Program-made: the position numbers and the translations under genes
Source: Eledone cirrhosa
Lineage: Eukaryota
Assembly: GCA_964016885.1 (NCBI GenBank)
Contig: OZ024761.1
Location: forward strand, 5,270,001 to 5,334,000
DNA: 64,000 nucleotides
Direction: 5' to 3'
Shown: positions 25,420-37,659 of the stretch, piece by piece
How positions within the stretch are numbered: position 1 is the stretch's first letter
Layout of the letters: the number at the start of each line of letters is the position of its first letter
Notes under the pieces: model-generated
Database searches by the model: none
Seen by the model: the letters and a program-made list of their open reading frames with translations, nothing else
What the model was told of the DNA's origin: nothing

Positions 25420-25454
25420 CTGAAACAGGGACAGAAATTTGAATATTGTTGTTG

Positions 25455-25627
<173 letters not shown>

Positions 25628-26912
25628 CGATATTAAACAAATGGAAACTACATTTATAAAACCATATTTATTTCATTATATATATTTCAGGGATATCATA
25701 TTAAAAATATGGTATGCCCTCTTCAGACAAAATACAATATATAAACAGTTTTATAAATAAATTTGACATACCTTAAACTTTACAACTTCTATTTAAAAAG
25801 TTGTTTTGGTAGTGAAAATGTTAAGGACAGTTAGAAAGAAAGACGAAGAGAAAAAGAAAGAAAGTGTATAGTGCTAAGGACAGTTAGAGAGGAAGACGAA
25901 GAAAATGAAGAAATGTATGTAAAGAAAAAACAACAGAGCGAGATACAGAGAGAGATATGGGAGAGAGAAAAATGATAGGCAGCTGGGGCACAGATGAATA
26001 ACGTACAAATGAGAGATTTAGGAGGGAAGGGGGTACTGTAATTATTTATTTATTTATTTATTTAGTTATAGTGTTAAGGATACGGAGAAAAATAAAAATA
26101 AAAATAAATAAAGAGAGGTAGAGAGAGATATAGGTGGTGGGAGAAAAGAGGTAGATCGAGTAATATCTATTATACGAGGTGGGAGAGATAGGGGAGGGGT
26201 GAGGTACAGGAGGTAGAGTTAAATCAGCCGATACATAAGTCCCGTCAAGTGTAGAGGGAGGAGGAGAAGAGATATATTCAGAAAGAAAGATGATAGATTT
26301 AAAATATTATGTTTCATCAGTTTATCAATTCATATGAATTAGGTATTATAATGTAAATATCAATATTCATGAATGAGACACATATCAATAATGTGTGAAA
26401 AAATAATGACTATATGTTTAGTTTAAAAATTCTTAGGTTTATAATCAAAATCTGAGATAAAACTTCAAAAAAAATACTGAAGTACATAAGTATATATGTA
26501 TTTTCATGAAAAAAGAAAAAGAAAAAAGAGAAAGAAAAAAGAGAAAGAAAAAAGAGAAGGTTATCTCAAATTCAAGTTGACATTATCGGTAGTGGGTCAC
26601 ACATCATGCTTAGCAGCATAGAGTTATACCATATTTTTAATATGATATCCCTGAAATATATATAATGAAATAAATATGGTTTTATAAATGTAGTTTCCAT
26701 TTGTTTAATATCGTAAATAAACTCCAAAACTTGTTGAGTGCTTTTATATCAGTTATAAAATATTTACTCGTTGTAACCCAACAATTTTAAATAAAACTTT
26801 TGCATATATATTTATATATCATCATCATCATCGTCATTTCATTTTACGTCCGCTTTTTCCCTGCTTGCAAGGGTGGGACGGGAATATATATATATATTTA
26901 TATATATATATT

Positions 26913-26943
<31 letters not shown>

Positions 26944-26955
26944 ATATATATATAT

Positions 26956-26994
<39 letters not shown>

Positions 26995-27055
26995 AACAAG
27001 TAAGACCCCGACGGCTGAGCTCAAGCCGTTTCGATGGCTTATATATATATATATA

Positions 27056-27111
<56 letters not shown>

Positions 27112-27290
27112 TCACATAAGAAATGGGGGATCAGAGGTGCGATGAATTAGAATTTATTAGACATATTACAATCGTTTCTCTGACGACCAGCTCGAGGCAC
27201 GATCGACGTGATGATCGAACCTGACTCTGAAATCGCAAGATCCTCACATACGTCTCAATCTGTCGAAGCAGAGTTTCCAAAATATACATA

Positions 27291-27626
27291 TCATCATCAT
27301 CATTTTACGTCTGCTTTTCCCTGCTTGCAAGGGTGGGACGGACATTGATTCTGGCTTGATTTCTACAGCTGGATGCCCTTCCTAACACCAACCTCATTTA
27401 CAGTGAGTGCTGGGTGCTTTTTTGCCGTGTCACCTACATGTCCACTTTGCAGTGGAATGATAGGGACCCCAGTCCCTATCATCTCATTTCTACAGCTCAG
27501 TAAACTGGAGCAATGTGAAATAAAGTGTCTTGCTCAAGGAAACAACACATCACCCGGTCTGAGGATTGAACTCACAACCTTTCGATTGCAAGGCCAATGC
27601 TCTAACCACTAAGCCCTGTGCCGCCA
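27291..27626 (-). mobile_element. Full-length CORE-type SINE
   Basis: Reverse complement of the 17851 family. Confidence 0.85.
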
Positions 27627-27721
27627 TTATATATATATATGAGACAAAATTAAAATTTGATTTCTCGATCTAGCATAGCTGATTACATAATGTAAGTATG
27701 AGTTATATCGAATAATAATAA

Positions 27722-28115
27722 TTGTTTCTAATTTTGGCACAAGGCCAGCAATTATCTCAGTGCATTACTGGTACTTTATTTTATCGACCCCAAAAGGATG
27801 AAAGACAAAGTTAACCTCAGCAGGATTTGGACTCTGGCCGTAAAGTGCCGTAACTCTATGCTGCTAAGCATGATGTCTGACCCACTACCGATACTGCCAA
27901 CTCAATGCCCTATCGAATAACAATAATAATAATTGTTTCTACTTTAGGCACAAGGCCAGCAATTACTCAGTACATTACTGGTACTTTATTTTATTGACCC
28001 CGTAAGGATGAAAGGCAAAGTTAACCTCGGCGGGACTTGAACTCAGACTGTAAAGGGACGTAACTATGCTTAGAAAGCATGCCGTCCGACCCTCTACCGA
28101 TACTGCCAATCCAAA
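27722..28115 (-). mobile_element. Two tandem copies of a second tRNA-derived SINE (Meta-domain-like)
   Basis: Reverse complement carries TGGCAGTATCGG (A box), GAGTTCAA.TCC (B box) and GCCTTTCATCCTT..GGGGTC.ATAAAATAAAGTACCAG. Confidence 0.75.
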
Positions 28116-28133
28116 TAATAATAATATTCATGG

Positions 28134-28480
28134 TAGAGGCACATGGATTAGTGGTTAGAGCATTGGCCTTGCAATCGAAAGGTTGTGAGTTCAATCCTCA
28201 GACCGGGTGATGTGTTGTTTCCTTGAGCAAGACACTTTATTTCACATTGCTCCAGTTTACTCAGCTGTAGAAATGAGATGATAGGGACTGGGTTCCCTAT
28301 CATTCCACTGTAAAGTGGTCATGCAGATGCCACGGCAAAAAAGCACCCAGCACTCACTGTAAATGAGGTTGGTGTTAGGAAGGGCATCCAGCTGTAGAAA
28401 TCAAGCCAGAATCAGTTCCCGTCCCACCCTTGCAAGCAGGGAAAAAGCGGACGTTAAACGAAATGAAATGAATGAATGAA
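28134..28480 (+). mobile_element. Full-length CORE-type SINE
   Basis: Near-identical to the 17851 and 54741 copies. Confidence 0.85.
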
Positions 28481-29462
28481 TTCAATTTGTTTGCAAGCAC
28501 ACGGCCTTACTAAGCTATGCTGTGTCTTGATGGCTATCACCGTCTATTTCTTCAACAGTAGCATCATTGAACAAATAGATGGTGATAGCCATCAAGACAC
28601 AGCATAGCTTAGTAAGGCTGTGTGCTTGCAAACAAATCAAATATTATTATTCGATATAACCCATACTTATATATATATATCATCATCATCACTGTTTAAC
28701 ATCCATTTTCCAGGCTAGCATGGGTTAGATGAATTGTCTTGTTGTGAGACAAGTCAGATCAGGTGACCATGTCTTGCTCACACAGAACTGTTTCTGGCTT
28801 GGTTTCTATGACTGGATGTCCTTCCTAACACCAACCACATTTACAGAATGACTACCTTACAGAGTGGACTGGGTGCTTTTCATCGTGTCACCAGCATGAC
28901 CAATATACAGGGTAGACTGGGTATATTTCCTTGTCACTAGCACAACTAATTTAAGGTAGACCAGGTGCACTGAAGGGTACCAGGCTGCAGAGACCCTGTC
29001 AAACAAACATTCAGGAGTATTTGTCAAAGATATGACAACCTCTCTAGTGACGGTGCCATGATAAATTGTAATTGGTAGAACAGAGTAAAGTATGTAAGTG
29101 AGATCTGGGCTCCTGCCCCAACTGACTTAGTCTTTGATGACCTGTCTAACCCTTGCTGACCTCTGACCTATCTGAGAGACCAGTAGCTCTACCTCAGTAC
29201 TGACTTGGTCCCTGTTGTCCTTTCTAACTCTTGCTGACATCTGACTTATCTCAGAGGTCAGAAGCTCCACATCAGTACTGACTTGGTCTCCGTTGACCTG
29301 TCTAACCCTTCCTAGCAGGGAAAACATTTTAAATAATGATGATATACATAAATACATATACACATATATACATATATGCATACATAGATACACACACATA
29401 TATATGTATATAATCACATTACCACTTAATAAAGCTGTTGTACACAGATATATGCAACTAAC

Positions 29463-29610
29463 CTATTTGTGGGATACTTTGTGGTGAATTCTGTTGATAG
29501 CTGCACAAATGACTTGCTAGGGTTGTCGCCTGTTGAGGGAGGTGGACGTGTAACTCTTCTAGATCTGGAGACTCAAACAATAATGCCATGTGTAACAGGG
29601 TGGAACAGAT
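29463..29610 (-). CDS. HEATR6: HEATR6 exon (phase 0/1)
   Basis: ctttctttctgacAG / GTTAGT. Encodes ICSTLLHMALLFESPDLEELHVHLPQQATTLASHLCSYQQNSPQSIPQI (vertebrate ICQALIHLLSL..DL). Confidence 0.88.
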
Positions 29611-29635
29611 CTGTCAGAAAGAAAGTAATGTCATA

Positions 29636-31315
29636 TATAACAGGGTGGAACAGATCTGTCAGAGAGTAACAGGGTGGAATAGATCTGTCAGAGTGTAACA
29701 GGGTGGAACAGATCTGTCAGAGAGTAACAGGGTGGAATAGATCTGTCAGAGAGTAACAGGGTGGAACAGATCTGTCAGAGAGTAACAGGGTGGAATAGAT
29801 CTGTCAGAGTGAGACAGGGTGGAATAGATCTGTCAGAGAGTAACAGGGTGGAACAGATCTGTCAGAGAGTAACAGGGTGGAACAGATCTGTCAGAGAGTA
29901 ACAGGGTGGAATAGATCTGTCAGAGTGTAATAGGGTGGAACACATCTGTCAGAGTGTAACAGGGTGGAACACAGCTGTCAGAGAGTAACAGGGTGGAACA
30001 GATCTGTCAGAGAGTAACAGGGTGGAACAGATCTGTCAGAGTGTAATAGGGTGGAACACATCTGTCAGAGTGTAACAGGGTGGAACACATCTGTCAGAGA
30101 GTAACAGGGTGGAACAGATCTGTCAGAGTGTAACAGGGTGGAACACATCTGTCAGAGTGTAACAGGGTGGAACACAGCTGTCAGAGAGTAACAGGGTGGA
30201 ACAGATCTGTCAGAGAGTAACAGGGTGGAACAGATCTGTCAGAGAGTAACAGGGTGGAATAGATCTGTCAGAGAGTAACAGGGTGGAATAGATATGTCAG
30301 CGAGTAACAGGGTGGAACACATCTGTCAGAGTGTAACAGGGTGGAACACATCTGTCAGAGTGTAACAGGGTGGAACAGATCTGTCAGAGTGTAACAGGGT
30401 GGAACAGATCTGTCAGAGTGTAACAGGGTGGAACAGATCTGTCAGAGTGTAACAGGGTGGAATAGATCTGTCAGAGAGTAACAGGGTGGAACAGATCTGT
30501 CAGAGTGTAACAGGGTGGAACAGATCTGTCAGAGTGTAACAGGGTGGAACAGATCTGTCAGAGTGTAACAGGGTGGAACACATCTGTCAGAGTGTAACAG
30601 GGTGGAACAGATCTGTCAGAGTGTAACAGGGTGGAACAGATCTGTCAGAGAGTAACAGGGTGGAACAGATCTGTCAGAGAGTAACAGGGTGGAATAGATC
30701 TGTCAGAGAGTAACAGGGTGGAACACATCTGTCAGAGTGTAACAGGGTGGAACATATCTGTCAGAGAGTAACAGGGTGGAATAGATCTGTCAGAGAGTAA
30801 CAGGGTGGAACACATCTGTCAGAGTGTAACAGGGTGGAACAGATCTGTCAGAGAGTAACAGGGTGGAACACATCTGTCAGAGAGTAACAGGGTGGAATAG
30901 ATCTGTCAGAGTGTAACAGGGTGGAACAGATCTGTCAGAGTGTAACAGGGTGGAACAGATCTGTCAGAGTGTAACAGGGTGGAACAGATCTGTCAGAGAG
31001 TAACAGGGTGGAACAGATCTGTCAGAGAGTAACAGGGTGGAACAGATCTGTCAGAGAGTAACAGGGTGGAATAGATCTGTCAGAGAGTAACAGGGTGGAA
31101 CACATCTGTCAGAGTGTAACAGGGTGGAACATATCTGTCAGAGAGTAACAGGGTGGAATAGATCTGTCAGAGAGTAACAGGGTGGAACACATCTGTCAGA
31201 GTGTAACAGGGTGGAACAGATCTGTCAGAGAGTAACAGGGTGGAACACATCTGTCAGAGAGTAACAGGGTGGAATAGATCTGTCAGAGTGTAACAGGGTG
31301 GAATAGATCTGTGAG
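29636..31315. repeat. 29-bp minisatellite, about 58 copies, containing the HEATR6 acceptor junction
   Basis: Unit GTAACAGGGTGGAACAGATCTGTCAGAG(A/T); matches 29592-29618 across the intron/exon boundary. Confidence 0.95.
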
Positions 31316-31377
31316 AGAGAAATGAAGAGAAGACTAAAGAATCATTTAGTAAAGTACAACAGTGGCAACTGAGTTAT

Positions 31378-31740
31378 GTAGCGTGGCGTGGTGTGGCGTA
31401 GTGTAGTGTAGTGTGGTGTAGTGTGGTGTAGTGTTGTGTAGGAGTAGTGTGGTGTGGTGTGATGTAGTGTAGTGTAGTGTAGTGTAGGGTAGTGCAGTAT
31501 GGTGTAGTGTGGTGTGATGCGGTGTACTGTGATGTGGTGAAGTGTGGTGTAGTGTAATGTGGTGTAGTGTAATGTGGTGTCGTGTAGTATGGTGTTGAGT
31601 GGTGTAGTGTAGTGTAGTGTAGGGTAGGGTAGGGTGGTGTGGTGTGGTGCGGTGTGGTGTGGTGCAGTGCAGTGCAGTGCAGTGCAATGCAGTGCAGTGC
31701 AGTGTAGTGTAGTGTGATATGGTTTGGTGTGGTGTGGTGA
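31378..31740. repeat. Pentanucleotide (GTGTA/GTGTG/GTGCA)n microsatellite
   Basis: Direct reading. Confidence 0.9.
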
Positions 31741-31812
31741 AACATTTGACCATCACACCGCCACTATGATGATTAATGTGGTCTTTCCAAAACAAGTTGT
31801 AACCAACTCTGC

Positions 31813-32475
31813 TAGATATACCCACCACCACCAAGATATACCCACCACCACCAAGATATACCCACCACCACCAAGATATACCCACCACCACCAAGATATA
31901 CACACCACCACCAAGATATACACACCACCACCAAGATATACCCACCACCACCAAGATATACCCACCACCACCAAGATATACCCACCACCACCAAGATATA
32001 CCCACCACCACCAAGATATACCCACCACCACCAAGATATACCCACCACCACCAAGATATACACACCACCACCAAGATATACACACCACCACCAAGATATA
32101 CCCACCACCACCAAGATATACCCACCACCACCAAGATATACCCACCACCAACAAGATATACCCACCACCACCAAGATATACACACCACCACCAAGATATA
32201 CACACCACCACCAAGATATACACACCACCACCAAGATATACCCACCACCACCAAGATATACACACCACCACCAAGATATACCCACCACCACCAAGATATA
32301 CCCACCACCACCAAGATATACCCACCACCACCAAGATATACCCACCACCACCACCAAGATATACACACCACCACCAAGATATAGCCACCACCACCAAGAT
32401 ATACCCACCACCACCAAGATATACACACCACCACCAAAATATACCCACCACCACCAAGATATACCCACCACCAAC
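31813..32475. repeat. 20-bp minisatellite, about 33 copies
   Basis: Unit AGATATAC(C/A)CACCACCACCA. Confidence 0.95.
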
Positions 32476-32779
32476 ATGAGGCAGGTGGGAGTGTGAAACA
32501 GAAAGTTTTGGTGAGTTATAGAGATGATTGATAACATGAAAGATGATGAAATTAAGGACAGGAGAGGAAGATGTGTGGGGGGGGGGGGGGCGTATATATG
32601 TGATGAGGAGGGTGGTGGTGGTGGTGGAACTTTGGACTTTGTTGAACTACAACTACAGCTACAGCAACAACTACACCACCAACAGCTACAACAACTACAA
32701 CTACATCTACAACAGCTACAACTATAATTACAACTACAACAACATCTACAGCTGCAACAACAACAACAACAACAACTAC

Positions 32780-34489
32780 AACAACAACAGGTGCAACCTA
32801 TTATATCTACCTGTCAATTAAGGTGTCAACAACAACAACAACAGGTGCAGTCTATTATATCTACCTGTCAATTAAGGTGTCAACAACAACAACAACAACA
32901 ACAGGTGCAGTCTATTATATCTACCTGTCAATTAAGGTGTCAACAACAACAACAACAGGTGCAGTCTATTATATCTACCTGTCCAATTAAGGTGTCAACA
33001 ACAACAACAACAACAGGTGCAGTCTATTATATCTACCTGTCAATTAAGGTGTCAACAACAACAACAGGTGCAGTCTATTATATCTACCTGTCCAATTAAG
33101 GTGTCAACAACAACAACAGGTGCAGTCTATTATATCTACCTGTCCAATTAAGGTGACAACAACAACAACAGGTGCAGTCTATTATATCTACCTGTCCAAT
33201 TAAGGTGACAACAACAACAACAGGTGCAGTCTATTATATCTACCTGTCCAATTAAGGTGTCAACAACAACAGGTGCAGTCTATTATATCTACCTGTCCAA
33301 TTAAGGTGTCAACAACAACAACAGGTGCAGTCTATTATATCTACCTGTCCAATTAGGTGTCAACAACAACAACAGGTGCAGTCTATTATATCTACCTGTC
33401 CAATTAAGGTGTCAACAACAACAACAGGTGCAGTCTATTATATCTACCTGTCCAATTAAGGTGACAACAACAACAACAGGTGCAGTCTATTATATCTACC
33501 TGTCCAATTAAGGTGACAACAACAACAACAGGTGCAGTCTATTATATCTACCTGTCCAATTAAGGTGTCAACAACAACAGGTGCAGTCTATTATATCTAC
33601 CTGTCCAATTAAGGTGACAACAACAACAACAGGTGCAGTCTATTATATCTACCTGTCCAATTAAGGTGTCAACAACAACAGGTGCAGTCTATTATATCTA
33701 CCTGTCCAATTAAGGTGTCAACAACAACAACAGGTGCAGTCTATTATATCTACCTGTCCAATTAGGTGTCAACAACAACAACAGGTGCAGTCTATTATAT
33801 CTACCTGTCCAATTAAGGTGTCAACAACAACAACAGGTGCAGTCTATTATATCTACCTGTCCAATTAAGGTAACAACAACAACAGGTGCAGTCTATTATA
33901 TCTACCTGTCCAATTATGGTGACAACAACAACAACAACAACAGGTGCAGTCTATTATATCTACCTGTCCAATTAAGATGTCAATGACTACAACAACAACA
34001 ACAGGTGCAGTCTATTATATCTACCTGTCCAATTAAGGTGTCAACAACAACAGGTACAGTCTATTATATCTACCTGTCCAATTAAGGTGTCAACAACAAC
34101 AACAGGTGCAGTCTATTATATCTACCTGTCCAATTAAGGTAACAACAACAACAACAGGTGCAGTCTATTATATCTACCTGTCCAATTAAGATGTCAATGA
34201 CTACAACAACAACAACAGGTGCAGTCTATTATATCTACCTGTCCAATTAAGGTGTCAATGACTACAACAACAACAACAGGTGCAGTCTATTATATCTACC
34301 TGTCCAATTAAGGTGTCAATGACTACAACAACAACAACAGGTGCAGTCTATTATATCTACCTGTCCAATTAAGGTGTCAACAACAACAACAGGTGCAGTC
34401 TATTATATCTACCTGTCCAATTAAGGTGTCAACAACAACAACAACAACAGGTACAGTCTATTATATCTACCTGTCCAATTAAGGTGTCA
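32780..34489. repeat. About 52-bp minisatellite (varying by CAA triplets), about 32 copies, containing the HEATR6 donor junction
   Basis: Unit CAGGTGCAGTCTATTATATCTACCTGTCCAATTAAGGTGT(CAA)n; the last copy overlaps the exon end at 34471-34488. Confidence 0.95.
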
Positions 34490-34692
34490 CGATGCCGAAA
34501 CTCAGCGAAGTCTGTCACTTTGTTGGTGCTGATCAAACCAGAAATCAAACCATTCCAGACAGAGGCCAACACTGCTGGTTGTCCATATTGCTCCCTTCTG
34601 GTCGGGGTCCCTAGAGCAAGGGAGGCATTGATGCGTACTTTGAAGTTGCTGCAATTCTCAACAGTGCTACTTAAGCTCTCGTAGACACTCAC
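34471..34692 (-). CDS. HEATR6: HEATR6 exon (phase 0/0)
   Basis: ttcccacAG / GTAGAT. Encodes VSVYESLSSTVENCSNFKVRINASLALGTPTRREQYG..DFAEFRHRDTLIGQ (vertebrate CKNFKVRIRSAAAL..REQYG..DFLEFKY). Confidence 0.95.
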
Positions 34693-34860
34693 CTGTGGGA
34701 AACAGAAGTAATGGTTTCTAATTGAGGCACAAGGCCGGCAATTTAGGAGGCGGGGGGGGGGGGGGGGGGCAAGTTGATTATATTGACCTCAGGGAAGATG
34801 GAAGGCAATGCTGAGTGAGGAAATATAATAATAATGGTTTCTTTATTGGCCACAAGGGCC

Positions 34861-35745
34861 ATCATCATCATCATCATCATCTTACGTCCGCTTTTCCCCG
34901 CTTGCAAGCGTGGGACAGACATTGATGATGGCTTGGTTTCTACAGCTGGATGCCCTTCCTAACACCAACCTCATTTACAGTGAGTGCTGGGTGCTTTTCT
35001 TTTGCCGTGGCACCTCCACGACCACTTTGCAGTGGAATGATATGGACCCCTGTCCCTATCATCTCATTTCTACACCTGAGTAAACTGGAGCAATGTGAAA
35101 TAAAGTGTCTTGCTCAAGGAAACAACACGGTCTGAGAATTGAACTCACAACCTTTGTATTGCAAGGCCATAGGCACAAGGCCAGCAATTTTGGGGGCGGG
35201 GAAAGTGGATTAAATCGACTCCATAAGGATGAAAGGCAAAGCTAACCTCGGCGGCATTTGAACTAAGACCATAAAGAGCCGTAACTCTATGCTGCAAAAC
35301 ATGGTGTCCGACCCTCTACCGATACTGCCAATCCACCACCCTTAATATAATAATAATAATAATAAATATGATTGTTTAGGCACAAGGCCAGCAATTTTTT
35401 GGGGAGGAGAAAGTCAATTAAATCGACCCCAGTGCGCAACTGGTACTTTATTTTATCAACCCCGTAAGGATGAAAAGCAAAGTTAATCTTGGCGGGATTT
35501 GAACTAAGATCATAAAGAGCCGTAACTCTGTGCTGCAAAGCATGGTGTCCGACCCTCTACCGATACTGCCAATCCACCCCCCAAGGGCAGTGAATAATAA
35601 CAATAATAATAATAATTGTTTCTACTTTTGGCACAAGGCCAGCAATTACCCCAGTGTATTACAGGTACTTTATCTTATCGACCCCGTAAGGATGAAAGGC
35701 AAAGTTAACCTCGGCAGGATTTGAACTCAGACTGTAAAGGGGCAA
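34861..35745 (-). mobile_element. SINE cluster: one CORE-type copy followed by three Meta-type copies
   Basis: Same family motifs as 27291 and 27722. Confidence 0.8.
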
Positions 35746-35924
35746 TGGTTTCTAACTTAGGCATAAAGCCTGCAATTTGGAGGAGTGAGGAAATTTTATA
35801 TTGATCCTAATATTTGACAATAAAGGTACTGTAATGTCACTGTTTTAATTAATAATTAAGGATTAATTACCTAATCACAAACTTTGAAAGAGAAAAAAAG
35901 ATATGGAAAATGGGTTTAACTTAC

Positions 35925-36005
35925 ACTCCAGTCGGTTTCTCCGCCATGGGGCAGAAGTGAGTTCTTAAGTAAGTTACTCAATGCATAACAGGCATTCCAT
36001 CGAAC
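35925..36005 (-). CDS. HEATR6: HEATR6 exon (phase 0/0)
   Basis: ttttgcAG / GTAAGT. Encodes VRWNACYALSNLLKNSLLPHGGETDWS, with the hallmark VRWNACYA. Confidence 0.95.
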
Positions 36006-36140
36006 CTGCAAAACAACATTACTGACAGTAAAATCTAGAAAAATACAAGGTATGTGGGTGAGGCAAGTTAGAGGGGAGGGGGAAATAAAATAATAGAGAA
36101 TGTGTGTATAAATGAAATATGTATGTGTGTGTGTATATAG

Positions 36141-36425
36141 TGGAGGCACGTGGGGCCTAGTGGTTAGGGTGTTGGACTTACGATCATAATGATGTGGGCT
36201 CGATTCCTGGGTTGCGTGTTGTGTTCTTGAACAAAACAATTCATTTCACGTTGCTCAAGTATACTCAGCTAAAAATGAGTACCAGTAATAGCTGGAGGTT
36301 TAACCCTGCGATGGACTGGCGTCCTGTCCAGGGGGGTAGTCTTGTACTTTCAGTTGCTTCACGCCATGAAACTGGGATAAGCACCGGCCAAATGAGTCTT
36401 GTGGCTTAAGACAGACTTTAGACTT
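36141..36425 (+). mobile_element. Third tRNA-derived SINE family (reverse copies at about 59985-60260 and 60295-60555)
   Basis: GGCCTAGTGG A box, GCTCGATTCC B box, CORE-like middle, (AGACTTT) tail. Confidence 0.75.
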
Positions 36426-37530
36426 ATATATATATATATATAAGAATAACTTAAAGAAAAATGCTGATGTTACATAAATCGTTCATTCATTATAATTATT
36501 TCAACGGTTCCCTTATGCAATCCATGATGTAATGTATACATTTGTTGTTGTTATGGGAACAGTATGCTGCAGGCAAAAAACACGTCCTTCTTGTGTGCCC
36601 GGCTGACATATGAGTTCTTAAAGGGTTCTTCCAGCCGTTGTGTTTACAATTTGTGAAGCAAGGCATTATCTACGTGTCATTTACACATATATGTAAATGA
36701 CTCTGTAACCTGGATGGAGGTTCTTCGAGCATACCTCAAGCAGTGACCAACTACCACAACAACTACAGGTCACACTGCTTAATCTCCCTGCATCATCCTT
36801 CCAAAACACGTTCAGTTCTAACAATGTTATCAGCCCCACCACAACCAGATGGATTACGATATATATATAAATATACCTTAGGAAATATTGTTTCCATTGG
36901 TTTTTTCAGTTGCTAATACTTTCTATTGGTCACAACTCCAGGTAGAAGGATCAATGTGAAATAAAGTGTCTTGCCCAAGGACATAACACATCGCCTGGTC
37001 CAGGAATTGAACTCACAATCTCACAATTAGATTCGCAATCGTGAGGTTGTGAGTTCAATTCCTGTACCGGGCGATGTGTTATATCCTTGGGCAAGACACT
37101 TTACTTCACATTGCTCCTTCTACCTGGAGTTGTGACCGATAGAAAATATTAGCAATTGGAAAGACCAATGGAAACATTGTTTCCTTGGTCCGATTTGACG
37201 TGAAGGCACATGGTTTAGTGGTTAGAGAATTGGGCTTGCAATCGAAAGGTTGTGAGTTCAATTCTCGGACCGGGTGATGTGTTGTTTCCTTGAGCAAGAC
37301 ACTTTATTTCTCGTTGCTCCAGTTTACTCAACTGTAGAAATGTAGATGATAGGAGTGAGGTCCCTATCATTAAATCACCCAAGACACCTCCAACGAGATA
37401 TACCTTGGAGGAGGCCAGCTAAACCTGCATAGGTGTAAGCTGTCACAACAACAACAACATATACTTTGAGATAGAGAAGTAAATGAAAAAGAGAAAATAA
37501 GTTAAAATTGAGCTTAAACAAGTTACTTAC

Positions 37531-37607
37531 CTTCATTATTCCCATTGAAGCATTCTCTACCAAACATTTCACAGCAATCTCAATGTGGGAGTGGATGTTG
37601 GGATTCT
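37531..37607 (-). CDS. HEATR6: HEATR6 exon (phase 1/0)
   Basis: ccttccattctacAG / GTAAGT. Encodes KNPNIHSHIEIAVKCLVENASMGIMK, leading into VRWNAC. Confidence 0.9.
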
Positions 37608-37659
37608 CTGTAGAATGGAAGGTGGGATATATAAGAGGAGGACTCTCATAGGACGTCAC

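Noticed and set aside
27150-27260. GAAACGATTGTA on the minus strand, hammerhead-like 3' half
   Set aside because: No CTGANGA upstream on that strand; at most a decayed remnant
31346-33099. Trp/Gly/Val-rich, Pro/His/Thr-rich and poly-Gln ORFs
   Set aside because: Translations of the 20-bp, pentamer and CAA repeats; open in multiple frames on both strands
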